Origin: Sedimentisphaerales bacterium
Lineage (GTDB): Bacteria > Planctomycetota > Phycisphaerae > Sedimentisphaerales > SM23-30
Assembly (NCBI GenBank): GCA_963663805.2
Contig: CAXXMR010000012.1
Span: forward strand, 352,001-416,000
Length of the DNA: 64,000 nucleotides
Reading direction: 5' to 3'
Part shown: piece after piece, positions 39,640 through 49,332 of the stretch
Numbering within the stretch: position 1 is the first letter of the stretch
Layout: every line of letters starts with the position of its first letter
The notes under the pieces: generated by a model
Told to the model about the DNA's origin: nothing
Database searches by the model: none
Seen by the model: the letters and a program-made list of their open reading frames with translations, nothing else
Position numbers and translations under genes: made by a program

Positions 39640-40329
39640 TTATCTCTTATGTCTGTCATTCAAATCAGGCCGTTTCCGCTCCGTCCTCTCCACAGCCTGC
39701 TCGTGCCGCCACTGCCGAATCTTCTCGTGGTTGCCGCTAAGCAATATCTCCGGCACTGTCATCCCGCGAAACTCTGCCGGACGCGTATATTGCGGATATT
39801 CCAGCAGGTCATGGCTGAACGATTCTTCCTTGCTCGAATCATCATCACCCAGGACACCGGGCAGAAGACGAATCAGCGAATCAATCAAAACCAGCGCCGG
39901 TATCTCGCCGCCGCTCAGCACATAATCACCGACAGACACTTCCATCGTCGCCAGCTCCGTGCGAATCCGCTCATCAAACCCTTCGTAATGACCCGCGATA
40001 AGAACCAACCGTTTTTTTGTCGATAGTTCCGTCGCTAATTTCTGGTCATACTTACGGCCCTGCGGCGTCAATAAAACCACCTCATCAACTGCCGGGCCTT
40101 TGCTGGTGACATCTTCAACTGCCGCAAACATTGGTTCGCACATCAGCACCATGCCGGGACCGCCGCCGTAGGGTTTGTCATCAACACTGCGGTGTTTGTC
40201 CGTGGCGTAATCGCGGAAATTTGTCAGGGTCACGCTGGCCAGCCCCTTTTCCAGGGCTCGTTTGACAATCGATTCGCCAAGTACGCCCGCGAACATCTCC
40301 GGAAAAAGTGTCAGCACATCAATATGCAT
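39640..40329 (-). CDS. trmD: tRNA (guanine-N1)-methyltransferase
   Basis: TLFPEMF, DDKPYGGGPGM, GHYEGFDER, GDYVLSGGE, YPQYTRP. Confidence 0.97.
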   Translation of the reverse strand: MHIDVLTLFPEMFAGVLGESIVKRALEKGLASVTLTNFRDYATDKHRSVDDKPYGGGPGMVLMCEPMFAAVEDVTSKGPAVDEVVLLTPQGRKYDQKLATELSTKKRLVLIAGHYEGFDERIRTELATMEVSVGDYVLSGGEIPALVLIDSLIRLLPGVLGDDDSSKEESFSHDLLEYPQYTRPAEFRGMTVPEILLSGNHEKIRQWRHEQAVERTERKRPDLNDRHKR

Positions 40330-40375
40330 TCAAAAACACCTTTCCATCTGTCCTGCGGACCAGAAAACATCGGGC

Positions 40376-40630
40376 TTAGCCCTTGAATTCCACACCCTGC
40401 TTCTTGAGCAGATTACGAACCGTATCGCTGGCCTGGGCGCCCTGGCTGAGCCAGTGCTTTACGCGGTCAATCTTGACCGACACCTGCTTGGCTTCATCTT
40501 TTTCGATGGGGTCATAAAAGCCCAGCTCTTCCAACACTCTGCCGTCGCGAGGGTTACGGGTTTCCATAGCGCTAATGCGATAGAACGGACGATGCCGTCT
40601 TCCCAGTCTCTTGAGTCTAAGTTTTACCAC
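40376..40630 (-). CDS. rpsP: 30S ribosomal protein S16
   Basis: MVKLRLKRLG, PFYRI, PRDGR..EELG.YDP, GAQAS. Confidence 0.97.
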   Translation of the reverse strand: MVKLRLKRLGRRHRPFYRISAMETRNPRDGRVLEELGFYDPIEKDEAKQVSVKIDRVKHWLSQGAQASDTVRNLLKKQGVEFKG

Positions 40631-40665
40631 TCTGAAAGTCTCCTAATCAAATTCTGCTGCCAGCC

Positions 40666-40962
40666 TTACTTACGGGCCAGCACATAACCATTTATAAAAA
40701 TGCCCACATTACCAACATCAGCCTGGGCACGTTGGGCTATATCATTAATGTCATCGTCGTCCAGCTTTTCGGGACGCTCTTTTTCAATTTCAGTCATGGC
40801 TTCTACCGCCCGACGAAAATCGTCATATTCTTCTTCGCTCGGTGCTGCCAGCATGGCCAGCTCGGCGGTGCCTTTGGTATCCCGAAACTGTTTTCGGAAC
40901 CTCATACCAAAACTCTGGTTACGGCATCTGCCGACCTGAGACAAATATTGCTCAATTGTCAT
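40666..40962 (-). CDS. Small acidic protein resembling a stand-alone SRP54/Ffh M domain
   Basis: RBS gagg; 44-residue ungapped alignment to the M domain of the adjacent Ffh. Confidence 0.75.
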   Translation of the reverse strand: MTIEQYLSQVGRCRNQSFGMRFRKQFRDTKGTAELAMLAAPSEEEYDDFRRAVEAMTEIEKERPEKLDDDDINDIAQRAQADVGNVGIFINGYVLARK

Positions 40963-40994
40963 CAGGACCACCTCTTTACACGCGAGCGCGTTCC

Positions 40995-42431
40995 TTATCT
41001 GCTCTTGCCCTTCTTGCGACGCGGGATTTTTTTACGCTTGGAGCGTTGTTTAACCTTCATTCCCGGTATGCCGCCGCCAGCACCGCCCATCGCGGCTAAA
41101 TCCATACTGCCCATTGACTTGAGAGCCTTCATCTTGCCCAAAGCACCCATGCCGCTAAAAGCCTTCATCATTTTTCGGGTCTGCATGAAGGTTTTTACCA
41201 GCCCGGAAACTTCCTGGGTTTGGGTGCCGCTGCCGCGGGCTATTCTTCGGCGGCGGGAGGAGTCGATAAGGTCGGGATCGCGGCGTTCTTCTTTGGTCAT
41301 GGAATGTATGATGGCTTCGACGTGCTTGAGTTCTTTGTCGTCTACGTTTAGGGCGTCGACCTGAGAACCCATGCCGGGGATGAGCTTCATCATGCTTTTC
41401 ATGCCGCCCATTTTTTTGACGCCCTGCATCTGTTTGAGGAAGTCATCGAAGGTAAATGACCCTTTGGCCATTTTTTCCTGCATTTTTTCGGCTTCTTCGA
41501 CGCTGAACTGCTCCTGGGCCTTCTCGACGAGTGAGACCACGTCGCCCATTCCTAAGATACGGCCTGCCATACGGTTAGGATGGAATTCTTCCAGAGCGTC
41601 CAGCTTTTCGCCGGTACCGATGAATTTGATTGGTTTGCCGGTTACGGCCTTGACCGACAGGGCCGCACCACCGCGGGCATCGCCGTCGAGCTTGGTGAGG
41701 ATAACACCGTCGATTTCGAGCTGGGTGTTGAATTCCTGGGCACTATTGACGGCATCCTGGCCGGTCATGGAGTCGCAAACGAGATAAATCTGGTGGGGAG
41801 TGACGGCCTTGCAGACATCGCGAAGCTCGCCCATGAGCTCCTGGTCGATGTGCAGTCGGCCAGCGGTGTCGAGAATGACGACATCATTATTATTCTTGCG
41901 GGCCTGACGAATGCCGTTTTGGGCAACGCCAACAGCGTTTTTGGAATCCTCGAAGTGGACCGGGATACTTAACTGCTGGCCCAGGGTTTTTAGCTGTTCG
42001 ATAGCGGCGGGACGCTGGAGGTCGTCGGCGACGAGCAAGGGGCGCTTGCCCTGCTTGGTGAGCAACTTGGCTAACTTGGCGGCGGTGGTGGTTTTACCAG
42101 AGCCTTGCAGGCCGGCGAGCATAATTACGGTCGGGCCGGGCGTGACATAATAAATTTTACTATCGACGGGACCCATGAGGTTGGTCAGTTCGTCGTTGAC
42201 GATTTTGACCATTAGCTGGTCGGGCTTGAGAGATTTGATGACTTCGGCACCGAGGGCCTTTTCGACTACGGAATCACAGAAGTCCTTGACAATCTTGTAG
42301 TTAACGTCGGCTTCGAGCAATGCGGTGCGGACCTCGCCCATGGCCTCGCGGATATTTGCTTCCGAAAGGCGACCACGGCCGCTCATGCTGCGGAAAACGT
42401 CGCTAAATTTATTTGTCAGGCTCTCAAACAA
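40995..42431 (-). CDS. ffh: Signal recognition particle protein
   Basis: [31 protein letters not shown], Met-rich M domain with RIARGSG. Confidence 0.98.
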   Translation of the reverse strand: MFESLTNKFSDVFRSMSGRGRLSEANIREAMGEVRTALLEADVNYKIVKDFCDSVVEKALGAEVIKSLKPDQLMVKIVNDELTNLMGPVDSKIYYVTPGPTVIMLAGLQGSGKTTTAAKLAKLLTKQGKRPLLVADDLQRPAAIEQLKTLGQQLSIPVHFEDSKNAVGVAQNGIRQARKNNNDVVILDTAGRLHIDQELMGELRDVCKAVTPHQIYLVCDSMTGQDAVNSAQEFNTQLEIDGVILTKLDGDARGGAALSVKAVTGKPIKFIGTGEKLDALEEFHPNRMAGRILGMGDVVSLVEKAQEQFSVEEAEKMQEKMAKGSFTFDDFLKQMQGVKKMGGMKSMMKLIPGMGSQVDALNVDDKELKHVEAIIHSMTKEERRDPDLIDSSRRRRIARGSGTQTQEVSGLVKTFMQTRKMMKAFSGMGALGKMKALKSMGSMDLAAMGGAGGGIPGMKVKQRSKRKKIPRRKKGKSR

Positions 42432-42607
42432 ACGTCATAACTCCGGCGGCCCTGCAAAAACCGCATAGGTCTTTATATAAGAGATAGTTGCGCACAATAT
42501 CTCTATAAATATAGACCCGACATCATACTTGAAGGTGTGGCGGCTATGCAAGGGGAAAATCTGGGCAGGCAGGGATTTTCAATCGGATAACCACTTTCGC
42601 GGCGATT

Positions 42608-44197
42608 ATGGGACAGCGAAATTGCGGCGTTGGGTACATATCACCTTTTAACGAGACCGCTTCCGGTACGCCCTCTGTCGAATATATCTACGATGCCCTG
42701 GGCCGGCGGGTGGCCGAACGCTACGAGAACCTGAACTCCAGCGAATGGGTGGACCGTTATCTGGTTTATGACGGCCTGAAACTCGCCGCGGAGTTCGAGC
42801 TGGACCCGGCCGGTGAGCTTCTCCGCCGCTATATCTATGACGGCCAGAGCAGCAGCCCTGCGATCTTTATTGACTATACCCCGGAATTCTCTGACGATTT
42901 CTACGCCGTTCTGACCGATGACCGCGGCAGCGTTATGGGGCTGGTCAAGGATGATGGTACGCTGGTTGAGCAGCTATATTACAACTCAACCGGTCTGTGC
43001 AAATCCTGGGATCCCTCCGGCGGCGGCAACTGGAATACTCATCCTGACAATGCCGCTTACAATCTCGGCCGCAGTGAATATATTCCGTTTGGTTACCTCG
43101 GCATGTACCGCGACCGCTTTACGGGTAAATACCACACTCACTTCCGCGAATACGACCCGCTCCACGCCCGCTGGCTCAGCGAAGACCCAGCCGGATACGC
43201 CGATGGTTTAAACCTTTATAATGCCTATATGGGCGTTAATGGGATTGATCCGTTTGGGTTGTGGGACGAAACCGGTATGCTTGCGGAATATTATGGTAAA
43301 TATGGCGAGCAAGGCCAAAGCTATCTCAATGACTTATATAATTCGGGTGGGATGTTTGCTAAACGTGATTATTTGTGGGATGATTGGCGTGCCGAAGCGG
43401 ATGGAACTATAGGTATTGCGTCAAGTTGGTGGTTTGGTTTGGATGACAGCGATGAAACCGCTGCGGACCAACTTTACGATGCTCTCGAAAGTACATTTGG
43501 CGGCAGTATTGTCAATGGCCTTACAAACTTAATGGGCCATCAAACGCAAATGTTAGCAGAAGAATTCCCAGAGGAATTCTCAGGCATTAACGCTCGGCAG
43601 ATTGCTCAGGCAAAAGCGAATCTTAACGCAATGGGTGATATTGTTCAGGACGCCGCGTTAGATGCAGGGCTTTATCTCTCAGGTATTGCCTTGGCTGATA
43701 ATTCTATTGACGCCCTTAAAGCTTCCCAATATTCTAGGCAAGTTAAGAATGCGAAACGCTTAAGATCCATCTATGATGCCAAGAGATTTAAGCAAGCAAC
43801 TAATGCCTTGAAGATAAAAGTTGTTTCTAAATTAGTCAAAGATAAGGAGTTTGTGGCTGATATTGCCAATGCTTTTGATGGCGTCCCGTTGGCAATTAAG
43901 CTAACAGAAGATACTTATGCCTATCGTCATATTGGGCCAAATGGCAAAAAGCTTAGTTATTGGCTTAGCCCTCGGACATACGCTAATCCTAATAATGCAA
44001 GAAAATTTTTAGCATTACCCGACGACAATTCTGCTAATGCTTGTGTTCGGATAATAATTCCCAAAGATACAACCGTTTTATTTGGAAAAACAGCCGGCCA
44101 AGCTAATAATAGTATCTTTGGTTCGCATGCAATAGGGGGAGGATTGCAGATATATGTTCCAAATCCTAAAGTACTAAAAGATATTACGGTGCCATAA
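42608..44197 (+). CDS. Orphan (5'-truncated) Rhs core-end plus C-terminal toxin domain
   Basis: YIYDALGRRV, REYDP...RWLSEDPAGYADGLNLY, DPFG cleavage motif; AT-richer C-terminal extension. Confidence 0.85.
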   Translation: MGQRNCGVGYISPFNETASGTPSVEYIYDALGRRVAERYENLNSSEWVDRYLVYDGLKLAAEFELDPAGELLRRYIYDGQSSSPAIFIDYTPEFSDDFYAVLTDDRGSVMGLVKDDGTLVEQLYYNSTGLCKSWDPSGGGNWNTHPDNAAYNLGRSEYIPFGYLGMYRDRFTGKYHTHFREYDPLHARWLSEDPAGYADGLNLYNAYMGVNGIDPFGLWDETGMLAEYYGKYGEQGQSYLNDLYNSGGMFAKRDYLWDDWRAEADGTIGIASSWWFGLDDSDETAADQLYDALESTFGGSIVNGLTNLMGHQTQMLAEEFPEEFSGINARQIAQAKANLNAMGDIVQDAALDAGLYLSGIALADNSIDALKASQYSRQVKNAKRLRSIYDAKRFKQATNALKIKVVSKLVKDKEFVADIANAFDGVPLAIKLTEDTYAYRHIGPNGKKLSYWLSPRTYANPNNARKFLALPDDNSANACVRIIIPKDTTVLFGKTAGQANNSIFGSHAIGGGLQIYVPNPKVLKDITVP

Positions 44198-44198
44198 A

Positions 44199-44486
44199 AT
44201 GAATGATGTAAAAAACAAAATAATGGAATTGTTAAAGTTGGTTAAGGAATCCCAAGAGATGGCTCCCGACCAAACGGTGCTGTTAACACTTGAAAATGTA
44301 CTTAAAGACATACATATGCTTCTAAAAAAGCAAGTGGAATTAAGCAGTGAAGAAGCAGATAAAATAAACCAATACTGCCACGGTTTATATCGCATTGCTG
44401 TCGAATTTGACTTTCCTATAGATAATCTTGAAAATGCTATATTGGATATTGTTGTTGTTTTAAGGCACTCTTTAAAATCAGAATAA
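44199..44486 (+). CDS. Putative immunity protein
   Basis: 95-aa acidic, AT-rich ORF starting 1 nt after the Rhs stop. Confidence 0.65.
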   Translation: MNDVKNKIMELLKLVKESQEMAPDQTVLLTLENVLKDIHMLLKKQVELSSEEADKINQYCHGLYRIAVEFDFPIDNLENAILDIVVVLRHSLKSE

Positions 44487-44684
44487 TTAAAGGTCCCCGG
44501 TACATTTTTTTTGATTCCAAGCCGCGTAAGCGGCCGGATAAAACCGTCATTACTCATTTAAACACCCCTCCCCAAAAACCGCAAGGTGGTGAGGTTCAGT
44601 CCATAAAAACAACTCCGCCGCAGGCGGCACCTTGCCGTTGTCGTTAAATAAAAACTCTCGGCCAAAGGCCGAAACCTAGCCGTT

Positions 44685-44737
44685 CCCTCATCCCTCATCC
44701 CTCATCCCTCTTCCCTTCTTCCCTCTTCCCTTCTTCC
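44685..44737. repeat. Pyrimidine-rich 7/8-nt tandem repeat
   Basis: (tccctca)x3 followed by tccctct/tcccttct units. Confidence 0.8.
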
Positions 44738-44857
44738 AAATAACCAACGTAACTATACTATATGGTACTTTTTCAAGAAAAATCGCCCCAAAAAGGTGAT
44801 ATAGTATAGTTCGCCCCCGCCAAAATAACAAAAAACGCGTAAAAACGCGTAAAAAAC

Positions 44858-46316
44858 CAATCCTGTTCGGCACATTTATTGCTTTAGGCTTTTGGCCTCC
44901 TGTATTTTTTTTTAAAAAAAACCCGAAATGTTAAGATAGGTAATTTGCGCTCGAGGGATATTTATGCTCTAATAGGAGGCATGAGTGCTAAGCGTCAGAA
45001 AATCAAGGAGCGGGACCTGCGTGGGTTCAAGTATTTCAAGTCCCTCTCGGCTCTGCTGAAAGGTCTTCACTCGGCGGGATGTGAGCGGGACCGGGCCGGC
45101 AATCGCACATTATTCATGGACCAGTATGTCAGTCTGCTGCTGTTATACATGTTCAATCCGATCTGCAGTTCCATCCGGTCTTTGCAGCAGGCCGGCGAGC
45201 TCAAAAAGGTACAGCGGCTGTTGGGTTGTTCGCGTGCTTCGCTGGGTTCGCTGGGTTCGCTTTCGGAAGCATCCCGGGTTTTTGAGAGTTCTTTGTTAGA
45301 GCCGATAATCGCTCAACTCACTGAGCAGTTAGGGCCGATATCTCAGGACAAAAAACTGGAAGTCGGTCAGGTCATTACCCTGGTGGACGGCAGCAGTATT
45401 CAGGCTTTGCAAAAACTCACTCAGGCTGCCTGGGACACCGACAAACCCGGAATTAAAGCACACACTCAGTTTGATCTGGAAAAATATGTGCCTCTGAAAA
45501 TAAATATCAGTGAAGACAAGTCTGATGAGCGAAAGGTTTTTTTAGAGAATCTTCAGCCCGGCCGGATTTATGTCAATGATCGCGGATATGCCTGTTTTAA
45601 GCTGTTTCAGGCCATTGTGGATAGTAAAAGCTCTTTTGTCTGTCGGCTGCGTGAGGATACGGTTTACGAAACTATTCAGGAAAAACCTTTAACTGAAGAT
45701 GCTCGAAAAGCGGGGATAATTTTTGATCGTACGGTAATCGCCGGCAGCAGTGAAAAACTGCGGGAAGATTTCAAACAACCGTTACGCCTGATAGCGGTTG
45801 AATGTCAACCGCATTTGAAACGGGGCCAGGGACCACGTCAGAGTGAGATGATTTTGATTGCCACCGACCGGCTGGACCTGGACGCCGAAGTCATTGCCCT
45901 GCTCTATCAGAAACGCTGGGCCATCGAAATATTTTTCCGCTTTTTTAAGCATGTGCTGGGCTGCCGACATCTGCTAAGCCTCTGCGAAAACGGTATCGAA
46001 CTACAGATGTACGCCGCGATTATCGCCTGTATGCTGATCAGCCTGTGGACGGGCAAAAAACCAACTTTAAGAACCTACGAAATGCTCTGCTGGCACCTCT
46101 GCGGCATGGCCGACGAGCAAGAAATGCAGAACCATATCAATAAACTCCAAAGCCAAAACTAAGGCCGATCCTCAAAAAAATCGCCGCTGCCGCTGATGCT
46201 GCGCCAAAATAACCAGTGCCGACAGTCCCACTGAGGGATAATCCCCGCTAAATCATATGAACTGCAAAGACCACAGAAAAACTGTATTTGAGCAATAAAT
46301 GTGCCGAACAGGATTG
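44858..46316 (+). mobile_element. IS4-family insertion sequence, 1459 bp
   Basis: Perfect 26-bp terminal inverted repeats CAATCCTGTTCGGCACATTTATTGCT at 44858-44883 and 46291-46316. Confidence 0.95.
44981..46162 (+). CDS. IS4-family DDE transposase
   Basis: LVDGS, NDRGY, YQKRWAIEIFFRFFK (YREK motif); RBS ggagg. Confidence 0.95.
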   Translation: MSAKRQKIKERDLRGFKYFKSLSALLKGLHSAGCERDRAGNRTLFMDQYVSLLLLYMFNPICSSIRSLQQAGELKKVQRLLGCSRASLGSLGSLSEASRVFESSLLEPIIAQLTEQLGPISQDKKLEVGQVITLVDGSSIQALQKLTQAAWDTDKPGIKAHTQFDLEKYVPLKINISEDKSDERKVFLENLQPGRIYVNDRGYACFKLFQAIVDSKSSFVCRLREDTVYETIQEKPLTEDARKAGIIFDRTVIAGSSEKLREDFKQPLRLIAVECQPHLKRGQGPRQSEMILIATDRLDLDAEVIALLYQKRWAIEIFFRFFKHVLGCRHLLSLCENGIELQMYAAIIACMLISLWTGKKPTLRTYEMLCWHLCGMADEQEMQNHINKLQSQN

Positions 46317-46665
46317 TCAAAAAATCCCCAAAAAATGCTCAAAAAATCCTTAACCTGACCGTATAATCCCTACAGATTACCCATTTTAACGCAACAGCCA
46401 CCGCATTTCGGTGACGACCCGTCACCGCACTTCCGCTCATAAAAATAAGCACTTACGTTAATTTTTCCCAATCAAATCCCCTATATTAGTGCTGATAACC
46501 CCGATTTTCGCTTCCCAACCCAGTTTTTTTGCCTGTGACCGCCATAAATAACTGAAAAACAACGCTTTCTATTGTGGAAAACCGCTTATTTATGCCGATA
46601 ACCACATTAGACGGACGGAACCGGACTGCCCATAAAGCAGGTAACTTTTAACGGAGTAAGCACTT

Positions 46666-49206
46666 ATGGCATTTGAATTCAACTGCCATCGTTGCCGAAA
46701 ATTACTTGAGGCTGAAGACCACTGGGTCGATAAGCGAGTACAGTGCCCTGCCTGTAAAACGGTACAACGCGTACCCACGCCCAAAATAACCCCAAAAACC
46801 ACCCCTTCCCTCGCCCCCAAACCAAAAGTCTCAACCCTGACCCGCCACAGTCTAACCCAGAAAAACACCGTTGCTACCTCCCTCCCCCAGAAATCGGAAA
46901 TGCCCGCAATTGATGATGTGGCAATAGGATACGAAAAGCCGTCAGAGGCCGAAATCTCGACCGAACAGCAAAGCCATAAAAAAACTCAGGAGCAGCTCCG
47001 GCAGAAACTGAACGAAAAAATCGCCGAAATTCACAAAAAATCGGATTCCAGGCAGGCCGACCTCATCGAAGAGTCTATCCTGGTTAATAACAAACCAATT
47101 ACAAAATCACTTCGCAAAATAGCCGAAAGCATCCCGCCCAAAGAAGACCCCCAGCTCGCCCTGGCCCGAAAAATGGCCGAAATCCGCAAAAATGCGGACA
47201 AAAAACAGGCCGAATACCTCCAAAAAACCATTGAGCAAAACCAATCCGCCCAAAAACCACAGAGAATACCCATTCTCCCCGACCGGGCCGGCAATCGCCA
47301 AAAAGCACTCACCGAAAAACTCGCACGCCTGCGCGCGATCGCCTTTGAATCTCGCCAAACCAGACCAGAACTCAGACCATCAACATCTAAATCGTTCCAA
47401 AATCTGGATTTAACCGCAATATCCCAGCCCACAAGTTATGCTGGAAATAAATCTCAAACACCTCCGCTATTCACCTCGGAAATCAATTCTTCTGTCGATT
47501 TTCGGGCTTTAACCGCACGATATCGATACGTCCCGGTGAGTTTGTCGGAGAAAGAGAGGGCATTGCCCTCTTTTAAAATCAGGACGTCCGGCAAACTCAC
47601 CTCTCCTTCGCCTGCAATCCTGGATATCAAGCCCGTCAGCGCAAAACATCTGTACACCCCGGTGGCACCACCCAAACATACGCCATCCATAAAACATTAC
47701 CACCTCCAGCCAGCGCCGTCCCTGGTGCTAATTTCGCGTAAAACTTTTGTACCCGAAAATATTAAACCAGATTCCGCGCGATACCGTTATCAGCCGGTAG
47801 ACATTTCGCCATCAGAGCGAAATCTGCCCGCTTTCGCATTTAACCCCGCTTCCAGGTGGTCCCAAAAAAGCCTCGTCGACTTACACACCATAGATATTCA
47901 GCCGGTAACGTCCCGGCACAGCTACGCACCGGTAGATACACACCCGGAATCGCCTCTGCCGGTATTTACGGTCGATTCCACGGGCAAGGTTAGTGGTACT
48001 GGTTTCGTACCTGCCGAATTTGCATTCAACCACAGAGCTTATAAATACGAACCGCTGGAAATTGCGCATTCCGGCTGTCTCTTGGCATATCAGCTCCAGC
48101 GTGGCCAATGGCTCTGGGACACCGCCCACGCCACATTCCAGCCGATTCCAGCCCTGTTCAAATCCCAGCGTTACCATTACGAGCCTGTGGAAATCCAAAA
48201 CAGAACCTTATTCTGGCGGCCCCGGCAAAACAGCATTAATCAACCCCCGGCCATCATGCCCCAGGCTAGTTCCCAACCGGCCTCTGTCGACTTGTCGTCC
48301 TTCAAGGTAAATACCTCTGTTCTGCGTGATAGTCGAGTCATTCGCCGGCAATCACAACCTTACAGCTGGCCCCGGAACGAAAATAACACTCAGGAATCGC
48401 CCAGCCCGACACGTCAAAAACTCACCCGTGTGGCCATTTTTAATATCATGGGTGCCACAGCAATGGTACTGGCAGTCATTCTGGCAATTATGGTGGGCCG
48501 AATGATGCAAAACACCGCACCAGAAGAACACGCCACAGGGACCGAGCTCCAGGTGATTCCTCCCAAAGAACCGCTGGCACAGGCCCTGGACCAGCAGACA
48601 GTTGTCGCCACGGCTAAATCAACGCCGGTCTATACACTGCCCGAAAACGTCAGTATTGACGCCGGACTATCGGCGCTTCTGCCTGAAAGTCAACAGGATG
48701 GCCCACCCACATTCAAAGGATATTTCCGGCCCGGCATCCACCTGGCCCGCACCGGAGAATTGCTCAGTCTGTTTCTGGACCCCAAACCGGTTCAGCCCAC
48801 CGAAAAACTGCGCAGTATTCCCAACCAGTCCCAAATACTCAGTCTGGTAGCGACAAACACTTCCGAGATTATCGACTGTCTCGAAATCAGCCACAGTTTC
48901 ACCAAAGATCTGACCATTGGCAGCATCAACGCCGCAACTCTGACTCATATCGTCGCGTTCCCGGTCGCCCAAAATAATTACTCAGGCAATCGCTACGACC
49001 ATCCCGCCTGCTTTATCCCCGGCCCTTTGACGAGCATAGACCAGATTAAACGTCAGTTCGGCCCGCCCACTGCTCAACAAAAATGGGTCGGTCAAAAGAC
49101 TGAGGTTATCCGGTTGAACTCGCTGGTACACTGGTGGGGAAATGTCGGCGTAGCAGCTGAAGGCAGTAAAAACATCACCCACGTTCTCCTGAAAGATTCT
49201 CAATAA
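46666..49206 (+). CDS. Hypothetical bitopic membrane protein with an N-terminal Zn-ribbon and internal repeats
   Basis: CHRC...CPAC; RBS ggag; one TM near residue 600; repeated (R/K)(Y/H)xYxPV motif. Confidence 0.75.
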   Translation: MAFEFNCHRCRKLLEAEDHWVDKRVQCPACKTVQRVPTPKITPKTTPSLAPKPKVSTLTRHSLTQKNTVATSLPQKSEMPAIDDVAIGYEKPSEAEISTEQQSHKKTQEQLRQKLNEKIAEIHKKSDSRQADLIEESILVNNKPITKSLRKIAESIPPKEDPQLALARKMAEIRKNADKKQAEYLQKTIEQNQSAQKPQRIPILPDRAGNRQKALTEKLARLRAIAFESRQTRPELRPSTSKSFQNLDLTAISQPTSYAGNKSQTPPLFTSEINSSVDFRALTARYRYVPVSLSEKERALPSFKIRTSGKLTSPSPAILDIKPVSAKHLYTPVAPPKHTPSIKHYHLQPAPSLVLISRKTFVPENIKPDSARYRYQPVDISPSERNLPAFAFNPASRWSQKSLVDLHTIDIQPVTSRHSYAPVDTHPESPLPVFTVDSTGKVSGTGFVPAEFAFNHRAYKYEPLEIAHSGCLLAYQLQRGQWLWDTAHATFQPIPALFKSQRYHYEPVEIQNRTLFWRPRQNSINQPPAIMPQASSQPASVDLSSFKVNTSVLRDSRVIRRQSQPYSWPRNENNTQESPSPTRQKLTRVAIFNIMGATAMVLAVILAIMVGRMMQNTAPEEHATGTELQVIPPKEPLAQALDQQTVVATAKSTPVYTLPENVSIDAGLSALLPESQQDGPPTFKGYFRPGIHLARTGELLSLFLDPKPVQPTEKLRSIPNQSQILSLVATNTSEIIDCLEISHSFTKDLTIGSINAATLTHIVAFPVAQNNYSGNRYDHPACFIPGPLTSIDQIKRQFGPPTAQQKWVGQKTEVIRLNSLVHWWGNVGVAAEGSKNITHVLLKDSQ

Positions 49207-49304
49207 TTTTGTTTTAGACAAGCCAGACTAAACACTTGTCCCTGTGAGGTCTTGCACAGCGTTTTCGGGCGTGCGTACCCCAGGGCAAATATAACTATAA
49301 TTAC

Positions 49305-49332
49305 TTGACAGCAGGCTAATAGTCGCTAATCT
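49305..49332 (+). promoter_or_regulatory. Possible sigma70 promoter of gap-pgk
   Basis: TTGACA-16 nt-TAATCT. Confidence 0.5.

Noticed and set aside
40329..40376. rimM and khpA absent between rpsP and trmD
   Set aside because: They may lie elsewhere or be absent clade-wide; this cannot be judged from one window.
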